NCBI GenBank assembly: GCA_034669905.1
Contig: JAXMOL010000010.1
Coordinates: forward strand, 1 to 64,000
DNA length: 64,000 nucleotides
Direction of reading: 5' to 3'
Source: Candidatus Hydrogenedentota bacterium
Lineage (GTDB): Bacteria; Hydrogenedentota; Hydrogenedentia; Hydrogenedentales; JAEUWI01
The position numbers and the translations under genes were made by a program. Shown here in pieces: positions 48,227 through 57,496 of the stretch (position 1 is the first letter of the stretch; the number at the start of each line of letters is the position of its first letter). Below the pieces are notes generated by a model that was not told where the DNA came from, did not search any database, and saw nothing but the letters and a program-made list of their open reading frames with translations.

Positions 48227-49552
48227 ATGACCTTAAGTATGGTTGGGCTCATCGGCGGCCTGGCCCTGCTGATCGTGCTGACAATCCGTGGTATGAACAT
48301 CTTGCTGGCCGCACCCATTTGCGCCCTGCTCGTGGCCATTACCAGTGGTATTCCCCTTATGCCGCCCATGGCAGCAGAAGGGGCAGAAAGCCTGACCACC
48401 GGCTACATGCTGGGATTCTCCGGATTCCTCCGCGACTGGTTTATCGTCTTTCTGCTGGGTGCCATGTTTGGCAAGGTGATGGAAGACAGTGGTGCTGCCG
48501 ACAGCGTGGCCCACTGGGTAGTGGAGAAACTAGGCATCCGTCACGCCGCCCTCGCCATCATCGCCGCCTGCGCCATCCTTACCTATGGCGGCATCAGCGT
48601 CTTTGTCGTGGCCTTCTCCGTGTTCCCCATGGCCCTCAGCCTCTTTAAACGGGCCAATCTGCCCCGGCGCTTTATCCCGGCCGCCCTCGCTTTTGGCTCC
48701 GTCACCTTCACCATGACCTCTGCGGGCTCGGTGGAGATTCAAAACTTCATCCCCATTAAGTATCTGGGCACCACGCAATTTGCCGGATGGCAGGTCAGCC
48801 TGGTCGTTGCCCTCTTCATGGCTACGACGGGCATCTGGTGGTTCAAATACATGATGAAGCGGGCCCTCGCGAACGGAGAGTGCTTTGACGTCCGCGAAGG
48901 GGACCCGGAAGAAATCGATTACAGCCGACTGCCCCATCCCCTGCTCGCCGTTATCCCCCTCGCCCTCGTGCTGGCCACCTCCTTCTACTTCAGCATGGTG
49001 CTCGATTTCGGGAAGTCGGCCCTGACCATCGCCCTCCTGGTAGGGCTTTCCGCGGGCATCGGGATTTACTGGAAACGCTTTCACAAACTCGGCGACACCC
49101 TCTCGGTGGCCTCCCTCGGCGCCCTGGTGGCCATTGCCAACACCTGCGCCGTCGTCGGCTTCGGCAGCATCGCCAAGCTCACGCCCGCCTTCCACGAAGC
49201 CCTCGTCGCCATGACCTCCATCCCTGGCAATGAACTCATTGGCGCGGCCGTCGCCGTGAGCGTTATCGCAGGTATGACCGGCTCCGCTTCGGGCGGACAG
49301 GCCATTGCCCTTCCCCTCATTGCCCCGGGCTATCTGGAGGCGGGGGTCGACCCCGATGCCCTGCACCGTGTGGTGGCCATCACCTCCGGGGGCCTCGACT
49401 CCCTGCCCCACAATGGCTATGTGGTCACGACCATTCGGGCCATTTGCGGCGAAACCCATAAATCCGCCTATCTGCCCGTGGCCGCCCTGACGGTAGTCAT
49501 CCCCTTCGTCGGGACCATTCTGGCTATTATTTTGTTCATTATGGGATTATAA
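48227..49552 (+). CDS. GntP-family (gluconate/organic acid:H+) permease
   Basis: ATG 48227 after AAGGA; FLLGAMFGKVMEDSGAADS, LTYGGISVFVVAF, AGMTGSASGG, GGLDSLPHNG; many TM segments. Confidence 0.9.
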   Translation: MTLSMVGLIGGLALLIVLTIRGMNILLAAPICALLVAITSGIPLMPPMAAEGAESLTTGYMLGFSGFLRDWFIVFLLGAMFGKVMEDSGAADSVAHWVVEKLGIRHAALAIIAACAILTYGGISVFVVAFSVFPMALSLFKRANLPRRFIPAALAFGSVTFTMTSAGSVEIQNFIPIKYLGTTQFAGWQVSLVVALFMATTGIWWFKYMMKRALANGECFDVREGDPEEIDYSRLPHPLLAVIPLALVLATSFYFSMVLDFGKSALTIALLVGLSAGIGIYWKRFHKLGDTLSVASLGALVAIANTCAVVGFGSIAKLTPAFHEALVAMTSIPGNELIGAAVAVSVIAGMTGSASGGQAIALPLIAPGYLEAGVDPDALHRVVAITSGGLDSLPHNGYVVTTIRAICGETHKSAYLPVAALTVVIPFVGTILAIILFIMGL

Positions 49553-49584
49553 TGAAACCCAACAGACCTTCTGGAGAGCTTCCC

Positions 49585-51045
49585 ATGGACATTGCGCACA
49601 AAAAACTGCAACACATTACGCGCCGCCAGTTTTTCGGCCGGGCCACGGCCGGTATCGGTACGGCGGCCCTCGCAAGCCTGATGCAGAAACAGGGCAACGC
49701 CGCAGTCAACCATTCCCCCTCTGCAGGACGGGGCATGCTCGGCCACCCCCATGTGCCGCCCCGGGCGAAGCGCATTATCTATCTCTTCCAGTCCGGCGGG
49801 CCCTCTCAACTGGACCTCTTCGACTACAAACCCCAGATGCAGGCGAAACACGGCAGCGATCTCCCCGGCTCAGTACGGGGTGAGCAGCGCCTCACCGGCA
49901 TGACCTCGGGACAGGATAAGTTTCCCGTGGTCGCCTCCAAGTTCAAGTTTGCCCAGCATGGGGACTCGGGCATGTGGATGAGCGAACTGCTCCCCCACAC
50001 CGCGAAGATTGCCGACGATATCTGTCTCATCAAAACGATGAACACGGAACAGATTAATCACGACCCCGCCATGACTTTTTTCCAGACCGGTCACCAGCAA
50101 CCGGGACGTCCCAGCATGGGGGCCTGGCTCAACTATGGCCTCGGTTGTGACAACGACGACATGCCGGGTTACATCGTGCTCATTTCCCACGGCAGCGCCG
50201 CACGGGATGCCCAGGCCCTTTTCCAACGCCTCTGGGGTGCGGGTTTCCTCCCGTCAGAGCATCAGGGCGTCAACTTCCGCAGTGGCAAAGACGCCGTGCT
50301 CTACCTCACCAATCCTCCCGGGGTCACGGCCAGCAGCCGACGCAACCAGCTCGACAGCCTCGGCCAGCTCAACAAGATGGCCTATGACGCCTTTGGCGAC
50401 CCGGAAATTGAAGCCCGCATTGCCCAGTATGAAATGGCCTACCGCATGCAGACCTCGGTGCCTGATCTCATGGATGTCTCGGAAGAGCCCGATTACATCT
50501 TTGATATGTATGGTGACGATGCACGGAAACCCGGCACCTACGCCGCCAACTGCCTCCTCGCACGGCGACTGGTCGAACGGGACGTCCGCTTTGTGCAGCT
50601 CTATCACCGCGGCTGGGACCAGCACGGTAACCTGCCCGGCGATCTGCCCAAGCAGTGCAAGGACGTGGACCAGGCTTCCGCCGCGCTGGTGCAGGATTTG
50701 AAACAGCGGGGACTCCTGGATGACACCCTGGTCGTTTGGGGCGGCGAATTCGGCCGCACCATCTATTGCCAGGGCTCGGACCTCGTCAACTACGGGCGCG
50801 ATCACCATGGCCGTAATTTCTCGGTGTGGATGGCCGGTGCCGGCGTAAAGGCGGGCCATGTCCATGGCGAGACCGACGACTTCTCGTATAACGTGGTGAA
50901 AGACCAGATGCACGTGCACGACTTGAATGCCACCATGCTCCACATGATGGGCATCGATCACGAGCGTCTGACCTACAAATTCCAGGGCCGTGATTTCCGC
51001 CTGACGGATATTCACGGGAAGGTTGTGCACGATATCCTGACCTAG
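49585..51045 (+). CDS. DUF1501 protein (Tat signal)
   Basis: TRRQFF, AKRIIYLFQSGGPSQLDLFDYKP, CLLARRLVERDVRFVQL, GWDQH, WGGEFGRT, GRDHH; start 49585 (GGAG RBS) or 49552. Confidence 0.93.
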   Translation: MDIAHKKLQHITRRQFFGRATAGIGTAALASLMQKQGNAAVNHSPSAGRGMLGHPHVPPRAKRIIYLFQSGGPSQLDLFDYKPQMQAKHGSDLPGSVRGEQRLTGMTSGQDKFPVVASKFKFAQHGDSGMWMSELLPHTAKIADDICLIKTMNTEQINHDPAMTFFQTGHQQPGRPSMGAWLNYGLGCDNDDMPGYIVLISHGSAARDAQALFQRLWGAGFLPSEHQGVNFRSGKDAVLYLTNPPGVTASSRRNQLDSLGQLNKMAYDAFGDPEIEARIAQYEMAYRMQTSVPDLMDVSEEPDYIFDMYGDDARKPGTYAANCLLARRLVERDVRFVQLYHRGWDQHGNLPGDLPKQCKDVDQASAALVQDLKQRGLLDDTLVVWGGEFGRTIYCQGSDLVNYGRDHHGRNFSVWMAGAGVKAGHVHGETDDFSYNVVKDQMHVHDLNATMLHMMGIDHERLTYKFQGRDFRLTDIHGKVVHDILT

Positions 51046-51149
51046 GATTTATCGATTGTCCGTTACGATTGCCCGGGGGCGCGGCACGGTATACGCTCCT
51101 CCGATTGGCGGGAAAAAGCGCAGTAGAGGAACATGACACGGGGGCGGTT

Positions 51150-51899
51150 ATGCAGAACCGCTTTTTGACACTTCGGGAGCAGTGGATACTGATTGGCGTG
51201 GCCGCAGCCATCGTTCTCGGCTGTGTGGTCCTGGTTTGGCGTGGCACCGAAACAAGCGCCGAGCACCATTTCCAGCCACGGCCCACACCGGCGCAGGTGC
51301 CTGCTCCGGCAGCGCCGTCGACCCCCTCTCCACCGGCGAAGCCCATTGACCTGACACCGCCTGAAAAGCTGGCGGTGGGTATTCTGGGTGCGGTGGAGCA
51401 GGAGGGGCTCTACTATTTCAACGCAGGCCAGCGGGTCAACGATCTCCTGAAAGCCGCCGGGGGAACCCGTCCCGAAGCCGACCTCTCCGACATCAACCGG
51501 ACGGCCCACCTCATCGATGCGACAACCCTCCTGGTACCCGAGAAAGTCGAGGACAATGGCGTGGTCTATTCCTATCCGACAACCACCTACAATCCCACGC
51601 CCTACACCCGCTCGGCCTGGTATCGGCTGGAGGAACCCGTCGCTGCCGATTCCGCGCCGACACCCGCAGTGCGCGCCACCCATGCCCGCGCCACGCCCCG
51701 CGGCGCCGGACCCGTCAACATCAACACGGCATCCAAGAGCGAACTTGAGACCCTGCCGGGCATTGGCCCCGCCACGGCGCAGAAGATTATAGTCTTCCGC
51801 CAGACCCAACCCTTCTACGCGCCAGAAGACCTGGAAAAAGTACCGGGTATCGGACCCGCAAAAATGGCCGCCGTGCGAAATTTGATCGCCGTAAACTGA
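51150..51899 (+). CDS. comEA: ComEA-family DNA-binding protein (TM, SLBB, helix-hairpin-helix)
   Basis: V.ILGAVEQEGLY......RVNDLL.AAGG....ADL..IN; VNINTASKSELETLPGIGPATAQKII.FR...F...EDLEKVPGIGPAK. Confidence 0.88.
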   Translation: MQNRFLTLREQWILIGVAAAIVLGCVVLVWRGTETSAEHHFQPRPTPAQVPAPAAPSTPSPPAKPIDLTPPEKLAVGILGAVEQEGLYYFNAGQRVNDLLKAAGGTRPEADLSDINRTAHLIDATTLLVPEKVEDNGVVYSYPTTTYNPTPYTRSAWYRLEEPVAADSAPTPAVRATHARATPRGAGPVNINTASKSELETLPGIGPATAQKIIVFRQTQPFYAPEDLEKVPGIGPAKMAAVRNLIAVN

Positions 51900-51983
51900 C
51901 CTTTTTCCGTGGACACGGTGGACAGCGACTAACGCGAAAGTCGAACCCACACCCGTTCCGCCGCCGGCGCACGCTACGCGCAA

Positions 51984-52102
51984 TTCACCCTTCACCCTTC
52001 ACCCTTCACCCTTCACCCTTCACCCTTCACCCTTCACCCTTCACCCTTCACCCTTCACCCTTCAAACTTCAAACTTCAAACTTCAAACTTCAAACTTCAA
52101 AC
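51984..52102. repeat. Compound heptamer tandem repeat (TTCACCC)11(TTCAAAC)6
   Basis: Counted directly: 51984-52060 and 52061-52102; overlaps the 3' end of panE. Confidence 0.95.
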
Positions 52103-53036
52103 TTAACTTCTCCCGCGCCTTGACCAGCCGGGTAATCATTTGGTTCACCGGGCACGCCACGCCAACCGCCTCACCGAAACGAACAATCGCCCCGTTGAGC
52201 GCGTCTATCTCGGAGCGGCGCCCGAGCCGAAAGTCTTCGTGGGTACTGCCATAGTGGGCCGCCGTCGGGGGCACGAGCTTTTCATAAAAGAGCGTCATGT
52301 ACTCCGCAGGGGTCGCCGGTTCCATAACCAGCCCCCGGGCCGCCGCAACGGCGTAAAGCTCGGCAACCACATCTTCCATGATAGCCCGGGTCTCGGCCAT
52401 CTCGGGCAGTGTTCCGTAGGGCACATCCAGGAGGGCGCACAGGGCATTCAGGGCCGAATTATAGGCCACCTTCCGCCAGAGTTCCCCGCCAATCTGGTCG
52501 GAGAAGACGGTGGGAAGGGCCGCATCATCGAGGGCCTGGGCGAGCTCTTTAACCCGTACCGCAGGAGGCCCCACGTCATAGACCCCCAACGCCGTGGGAC
52601 GGGCAATAACGGTCACGTCCACATGGCCCGGTTCCGGCACCTGGACCCCAAAAATCACCATAGCCTCCACGACCCGCTCCCAGCCCACGACGTCGGCGAT
52701 AGCCTCCGCGTTGCCCAGCCCGTTCTGATACGAGCAGACCAGGGTATTTTGCGACAAGAGCGGTGCGATGGCCGCTACCACCTCGGCCGTGTCATAGGAT
52801 TTCACCGCGATGAAGATGACGTCGTAGTCGGTGCCCACCGCGGCACCGGCCGATGTGCACGTGGTGATACCCGGAATGGTGTGCTCCCCCCAGATGCCCG
52901 TTACCCGAAGTCCCTGCTTCGCAATGGCGTTCATATGGGCTTCCCGCCCCACCAAAGTCACCCCGTGTCCCGCACGGGCCATGAACCCGCCTAAAATCGT
53001 ACCCAGCGCACCCGCGCCCATCACTAAAACCTGCAT
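52083..53036 (-). CDS. panE: 2-dehydropantoate 2-reductase (ketopantoate reductase, PanE/ApbA)
   Basis: ATG 53036 after AAGGAG; VMGAGALG Rossmann motif, IAVKSYD, QNGLG, WRKVAYNSALN, SEIDALNGAIV. Confidence 0.88.
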   Translation of the reverse strand: MQVLVMGAGALGTILGGFMARAGHGVTLVGREAHMNAIAKQGLRVTGIWGEHTIPGITTCTSAGAAVGTDYDVIFIAVKSYDTAEVVAAIAPLLSQNTLVCSYQNGLGNAEAIADVVGWERVVEAMVIFGVQVPEPGHVDVTVIARPTALGVYDVGPPAVRVKELAQALDDAALPTVFSDQIGGELWRKVAYNSALNALCALLDVPYGTLPEMAETRAIMEDVVAELYAVAAARGLVMEPATPAEYMTLFYEKLVPPTAAHYGSTHEDFRLGRRSEIDALNGAIVRFGEAVGVACPVNQMITRLVKAREKLSLKFEV

Positions 53037-53171
53037 GAATGGTTGTCTCCTTCCAGACAGCATTATTGTACGGGAATGGCACCGGGGACTGCACCGACGC
53101 GATGTCGAAATGGTAGCCAACCACACCGTGTGGCCAAACAACCCACTGGGAGATTTATCAAGAGCCTGGAC

Positions 53172-53335
53172 GTCGGGGCTGTCCCCCTCCTCACACCCAC
53201 GTTACCTTAATAGGGCAACGACACCTCTCAAAGGCGACGCCGGGTGCCACCCTCAAGCGGAGGAGCAAAGCGGGGGAAGTTTGTGGGTGTGTTAGTTTAC
53301 GGCCACGTCGCTTCTAGGAGGGGGACGGCCCCGAC
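53172..53335. repeat. Long intergenic inverted-repeat structure enclosing copy 2 (53242-53289) of the 48-bp hairpin repeat
   Basis: gtcggggctgtccccctcct (53172-53191) vs aggagggggacggccccgac (53316-53335), one mismatch; cacacccac pairs with gtgggtgtg. Confidence 0.75.
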
Positions 53336-53489
53336 TGCCAAATAAAACATCCTTACTGCCGCACCCCGCTTACCGCCAAGACAGACACCCGCCTGCCCCC
53401 CGCACACCACGTCGGTGCAGTCCCCGCTTGCACCGTCCCCCGGCCTCCTTTACACTTAGGTGTTGCAACAACCCCTGGAACCTATCGCG

Positions 53490-55889
53490 ATGAAGTGGAA
53501 TGCTACTACCCTGGGACTCGCCCTGCTGGCATTCGGCATGGCCGATCCGAGCCAAGGCAACGAGGCCCCGTTGTCCTTCAACAAAGACATCCGCCCCATC
53601 CTGGCCGAGCATTGTTTCGCCTGCCACGGCCAGGACGGTGCCGCGCGGAAGGCCGGTTTGCGCCTCGACACGGAGGAAGGTGCACGGGCCGCCCTGAAAT
53701 CGGGTGCCGCCGCCATCGTCCCGGGTGACGCCTCCGCGAGTGCGCTCATCCACCGTGTCACCACCACCGACGCCGAGGACCGCATGCCCCCTTCCGACAA
53801 GGGCGAGGCCCTCAGTGCGGCCGAGATAACATCTCTGCGCACGTGGATTCACCAGGGCGCGGCCTACGAAATCCATTGGGCCTATATCGCCCCCGAGAAA
53901 CCGGCGGTGCCGACGGTCCAGCATACGGAATGGCCCCAGAACGATATCGACTATTTTGTCTTGGCCCGGCTCGAGGCAGAGGGGCTTGCCCCTTCTCCCC
54001 CGGCAGACCGTTACACCTTGCTGCGTCGCCTCAACTTCGACGTGATTGGCCTGCCGCCCACGGTGGAAGAGGCCGATGCCTTCGTGGCGGACCAACGCAG
54101 CGACGCCTTGGAGTGGGTGCTCGACCGTCTCTTCGCCAGCCCCCACTATGGCGAACACCGGGCCCGCTATTGGCTCGATCTGGCGCGCTATGCGGACAGC
54201 AATGGCTATCACATCGACGCGCCCCGGAGTATGTGGCCCTACCGCGACTGGGTCATCCGCGCCTACAACCAGAACATGCCCTTCGATCAGTTCACCCGGG
54301 AACAACTCGCCGGTGACTTGCTGCCCGATGCCACAATAGACCAGCGGATTGCCACGGGCTTTCACCGCAACACCATGCTGAACGAAGAGGGCGGCATTGA
54401 CCCCGAGGAATTCCGGACCAAGTCGGTCGTGGATCGGGTGGATGCCACCATGACCACGTGGATGGGCACGACGATGGCCTGCGCCCAGTGCCACGACCAC
54501 AAATACGACCCCTTCACCCAGAAGGAGTTCTATGAGTTCTACGCCTTCTTTAATACCGTCCCGGAAGTCGGCGGCGGTACCTTCCAGAGCCGTGCGCCCC
54601 TGATCGCGCTTCCGCCCAATGCGACCTTGCAGGCCGAACTGGACGGTCTCCGCTCCGTCATCGCCTCCCTCAAGGCGTCCCTTCCCCCCGCACCGGAGGG
54701 TACGGAAACAGCGGAAGAGAAACCGAAAGACGCCCCGCCCACGCGACTGGAGCGCCTGGAAAAAGAGCTGGCAGAAAAAGAGAAGGAAATTGTCACCACC
54801 CTGGTCATGGCGGAGATGGAAGCGCCCCGGGAAACCCACATTTTCGCACGGGGAGACTTCCTCCAGCCCGGCGAGCGGGTGCTGCCGGGAACGCCCGCCG
54901 TCTTACCGACACCCGACACCCCGACAGAGGGCACGCTGACGCGACTGGACCTGGCCAATTGGTTGGTTGACCCCGCCCACCCCCTGACAGCCCGGGTCAC
55001 CGTCAACCAACTCTGGCAACAACTCTTTGGCCGGGGCCTGGTCTCCACCCCGGAAGACTTTGGCACCCGGGGCGCGGCACCCTCTCACCCGGATCTCCTC
55101 GATTACCTCGCCGTGACCTTCGTGGAAAGCGGGTGGGACGTGAAGGGCCTCCTGCGCATGATAGTTTCCTCCGCGACCTACCAACAGCGCACCGATGTGG
55201 GGCCCGACGCCTACACCCGCGACCCCGACAATGTGTTGCTCGCACGGGGACCGCGCTTCCGTCTGGACGCCGAAACGATCCGGGACAATGCCCTGGTCAT
55301 CAGCGGCCTGTTGACCCGGACCGTCGGCGGTAAAAGCGTCCACCCCTATCAACCCCCCGGCCTCTGGGAAGAAAAGGCCCTGACCGGCTATGGTGCGGGC
55401 CTGTGGCCGGAAACCACGGGGGCCGACCTCTATCGCCGCGGCATGTACACCTACCGCCGCCGCTCTGTGCCCTACCCGACCTTCCAGGCCTTCGACACCC
55501 CCGGCTTTGAATACTGCACCGCCGAACGCCCCCGAACCAATACGCCCCTGCAGGCCCTCACAACCATGAACGACCCCCAGTTCATCGAGGCGGCCCGGGT
55601 CTTTGCGGAGCGCATCCTGCGCGAGGGTGGGGACGATCTGGAAGCACAGGTAGACTTTGCCCTGCGCCACTGCCTTATTCGGTTACCGCGCGCCGAAGAA
55701 CACGCGCTGTTGGTGGAGCTCTTCGGCAACGAGTTCACTGGATTCCTGGAGGACGGGGAAGCCGCCCGCCAACTGATTAACCAGGGTCGCGCGCCTGTTC
55801 CGAAAGATTTACACGAGCCCGCGCTCGCCGCCTGGACCACGCTGGCGACCATCTTGCTGAATCTGGATGAGACCGTGACGAAGAGCTAG
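53490..55889 (+). CDS. PSD1 and planctomycete cytochrome c protein (compact form)
   Basis: SFNKDIRPILAEHCFACHG, WLDLARYADSNGY, CAQCHDHKYDP, NTPLQALTTMND, LLNLDETVTK; probable start ATG 53490. Confidence 0.93.
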   Translation: MKWNATTLGLALLAFGMADPSQGNEAPLSFNKDIRPILAEHCFACHGQDGAARKAGLRLDTEEGARAALKSGAAAIVPGDASASALIHRVTTTDAEDRMPPSDKGEALSAAEITSLRTWIHQGAAYEIHWAYIAPEKPAVPTVQHTEWPQNDIDYFVLARLEAEGLAPSPPADRYTLLRRLNFDVIGLPPTVEEADAFVADQRSDALEWVLDRLFASPHYGEHRARYWLDLARYADSNGYHIDAPRSMWPYRDWVIRAYNQNMPFDQFTREQLAGDLLPDATIDQRIATGFHRNTMLNEEGGIDPEEFRTKSVVDRVDATMTTWMGTTMACAQCHDHKYDPFTQKEFYEFYAFFNTVPEVGGGTFQSRAPLIALPPNATLQAELDGLRSVIASLKASLPPAPEGTETAEEKPKDAPPTRLERLEKELAEKEKEIVTTLVMAEMEAPRETHIFARGDFLQPGERVLPGTPAVLPTPDTPTEGTLTRLDLANWLVDPAHPLTARVTVNQLWQQLFGRGLVSTPEDFGTRGAAPSHPDLLDYLAVTFVESGWDVKGLLRMIVSSATYQQRTDVGPDAYTRDPDNVLLARGPRFRLDAETIRDNALVISGLLTRTVGGKSVHPYQPPGLWEEKALTGYGAGLWPETTGADLYRRGMYTYRRRSVPYPTFQAFDTPGFEYCTAERPRTNTPLQALTTMNDPQFIEAARVFAERILREGGDDLEAQVDFALRHCLIRLPRAEEHALLVELFGNEFTGFLEDGEAARQLINQGRAPVPKDLHEPALAAWTTLATILLNLDETVTKS

Positions 55890-56045
55890 GACAAAGGACC
55901 TGAAGGACTGAAAGGACCCAAAGGACAAGAACTCACCGATCTCCAGGAATCGCTATATCGGTAAGAGCACTTCAGCCTATAACGCGATTCGTTCAAGAAA
56001 TCCCACCACCGTCCTTTTCGTCTTTTATGTCGTTTATGTCCTTTG
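55889..56045. repeat. Two inverted arrays of degenerate 9-bp repeats (AAAGGAC-type)
   Basis: GGAC at 55896, 55905, 55914, 55923 (plus 55889); complementary GTCN at 56011, 56020, 56029, 56038. Confidence 0.7.
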
Positions 56046-56082
56046 GGGACGCATGCAATCAAGATTTGTCGTCCGCACACGG

Positions 56083-56457
56083 TTATTCGGTCTTTTCTAA
56101 CGACTCACGCAACGCGTTCAACTCGCGACCAATGAGATATTGGCCCTTGCTCAATATAGCCGGGATATCGCGTGTCTGACGCAGCACCGCGACAATAGCG
56201 ATCTGGCCCTTGCCCAACGGCTCATAGACCAAGTAATGTTCGCGAATCGGATGAAGCAACAGCCCCGTTCCCCCGGCAAGCTCTTCGCGCGACTGAAATG
56301 TCTTGCAATCTTTCGCAAGCCGCTTGGCCGCCTCGTCAAGCTCAACGAAGTACGCTTCCGTCAGCTTAGGTCCCCAGCGGCGCAAAGACCATGCTTTCGC
56401 TTCCCGCAAATGCCGACGAGCGGTCACCGTGAGCAGGTACGGCTTCTTCTTGGCCAC
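56083..56457 (-). CDS. RelE/ParE-family toxin
   Basis: YLLT..ARRHL.....WS..RWG.....Y...L, HYLVY......IAIVAVL...RDI; follows an RHH antitoxin. Confidence 0.85.
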   Translation of the reverse strand: MAKKKPYLLTVTARRHLREAKAWSLRRWGPKLTEAYFVELDEAAKRLAKDCKTFQSREELAGGTGLLLHPIREHYLVYEPLGKGQIAIVAVLRQTRDIPAILSKGQYLIGRELNALRESLEKTE

Positions 56458-56466
56458 GTTAGCCCC

Positions 56467-56694
56467 CTACGCCTCGTGGAGAATATCAAGGATGCTCTCT
56501 TCGGCAAACTGACCGCTGCGGGCTTCCGCCAGGCCTTGGGCAACATCGCGGACGATGGCCCAATCCTCCATGTCGCGCCGAATAAGATCACGAATATACT
56601 CGCTCGGGGTGGCATAGACGTCCCCATCGCCCGCGCGACTATCGACATAGCGACGCAATTCATCGGTGAGAGACAGGTTTAGACTACTGGGCAT
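56467..56694 (-). CDS. ParD-like ribbon-helix-helix antitoxin
   Basis: LNLSLTDELRRYVD.......YATPSEYIRDLIRRD. Confidence 0.88.
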   Translation of the reverse strand: MPSSLNLSLTDELRRYVDSRAGDGDVYATPSEYIRDLIRRDMEDWAIVRDVAQGLAEARSGQFAEESILDILHEA

Positions 56695-56727
56695 AGGGAA
56701 TCCTTTCTTGCGCCTTCATACAAGACC

Positions 56728-56843
56728 AAAATACCATGGATGGCAAGAAATGGCAAAAATCGCCATTCATATTTGATGTTCGAAGAGGCATTGTTCCATT
56801 GTCAGTCGCCCAAATTGACAAAGATTGCCAATACTGAGATAAT
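56728..56843. promoter_or_regulatory. Divergent sigma70-like promoters of the two TA operons with shared TTGCCA boxes
   Basis: Minus: TTGCCA (56756-56751)-17-TATTTT (56733-56728). Plus: TTGACA (56815-56820)-17-GATAAT (56838-56843). TGGCAA/TTGCCA at 56741, 56751 and 56825. Confidence 0.6.
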
Positions 56844-56849
56844 TTCATC

Positions 56850-57164
56850 ATGCCAACACAAAACGTAAATATCACCGAGGCCCAAGCCGAATTTATCCGC
56901 CTGAGTGTGGAGTCGGGCGACTACAACAACGCCAGCGAACTCGTGCGCGAAGCCCTTCGGCTGTTGAAAGAGCACAAAGATGAGCACCAGGCGCGGGTGG
57001 CGTACCTGCGGGGAGAGTTGCAGAAAGCCTATGATGCGCGAGAGCGGCGGGAATATATTGATCTCCACGGCAAAGAGGATATCCAGGCGTTGCGTGAATC
57101 AATGCGGCGCGAGCGGCTTGAGAAACTGGCACAATTGAGCAATGCGTCATCTTCGGCTGAGTGA
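56850..57164 (+). CDS. ParD-family antitoxin (RHH)
   Basis: MPTQNVNIT.....FI...VESGDYNNASELVREALRLL.......A....LR.ELQK. Confidence 0.9.
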   Translation: MPTQNVNITEAQAEFIRLSVESGDYNNASELVREALRLLKEHKDEHQARVAYLRGELQKAYDARERREYIDLHGKEDIQALRESMRRERLEKLAQLSNASSSAE

Positions 57165-57492
57165 GCCCGCCCGCAGCGATCTCGAAAGCGTCTGGTGGTA
57201 TACGTATGATCGATACGGGCTTAACCAGGCTGAAGCCTATGACACGCTGCTCTGGCAGGCGCTTGAATACATCGAGGAGGACCCAAGCCGACCTACAAGT
57301 CGCTTGGAGCCGGAACTCGGACCCCACGTGAGGAGTTATCATATTGCCCTGAGCAAAAAGCGCAGTGGCACGCACATTGGTAAGCCGAGGCATCTGGTGT
57401 TATACACACTGGAATTTGAAAACGAGATTTTCGTCATGCGAATCCTCAAAGACAATATGGACGCACCCCGGCACCTTGGGGATTTGGATTGA
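57142..57492 (+). CDS. ParE-family toxin
   Basis: LRLSEPARSDLESVW.YT..RYG..QAEAY, RPTSRLEPELG..VRSYH, RHLVLY......VMRIL...MD..RHL; overlaps the antitoxin stop. Confidence 0.9.
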   Translation: MRHLRLSEPARSDLESVWWYTYDRYGLNQAEAYDTLLWQALEYIEEDPSRPTSRLEPELGPHVRSYHIALSKKRSGTHIGKPRHLVLYTLEFENEIFVMRILKDNMDAPRHLGDLD

Positions 57493-57496
57493 TACC

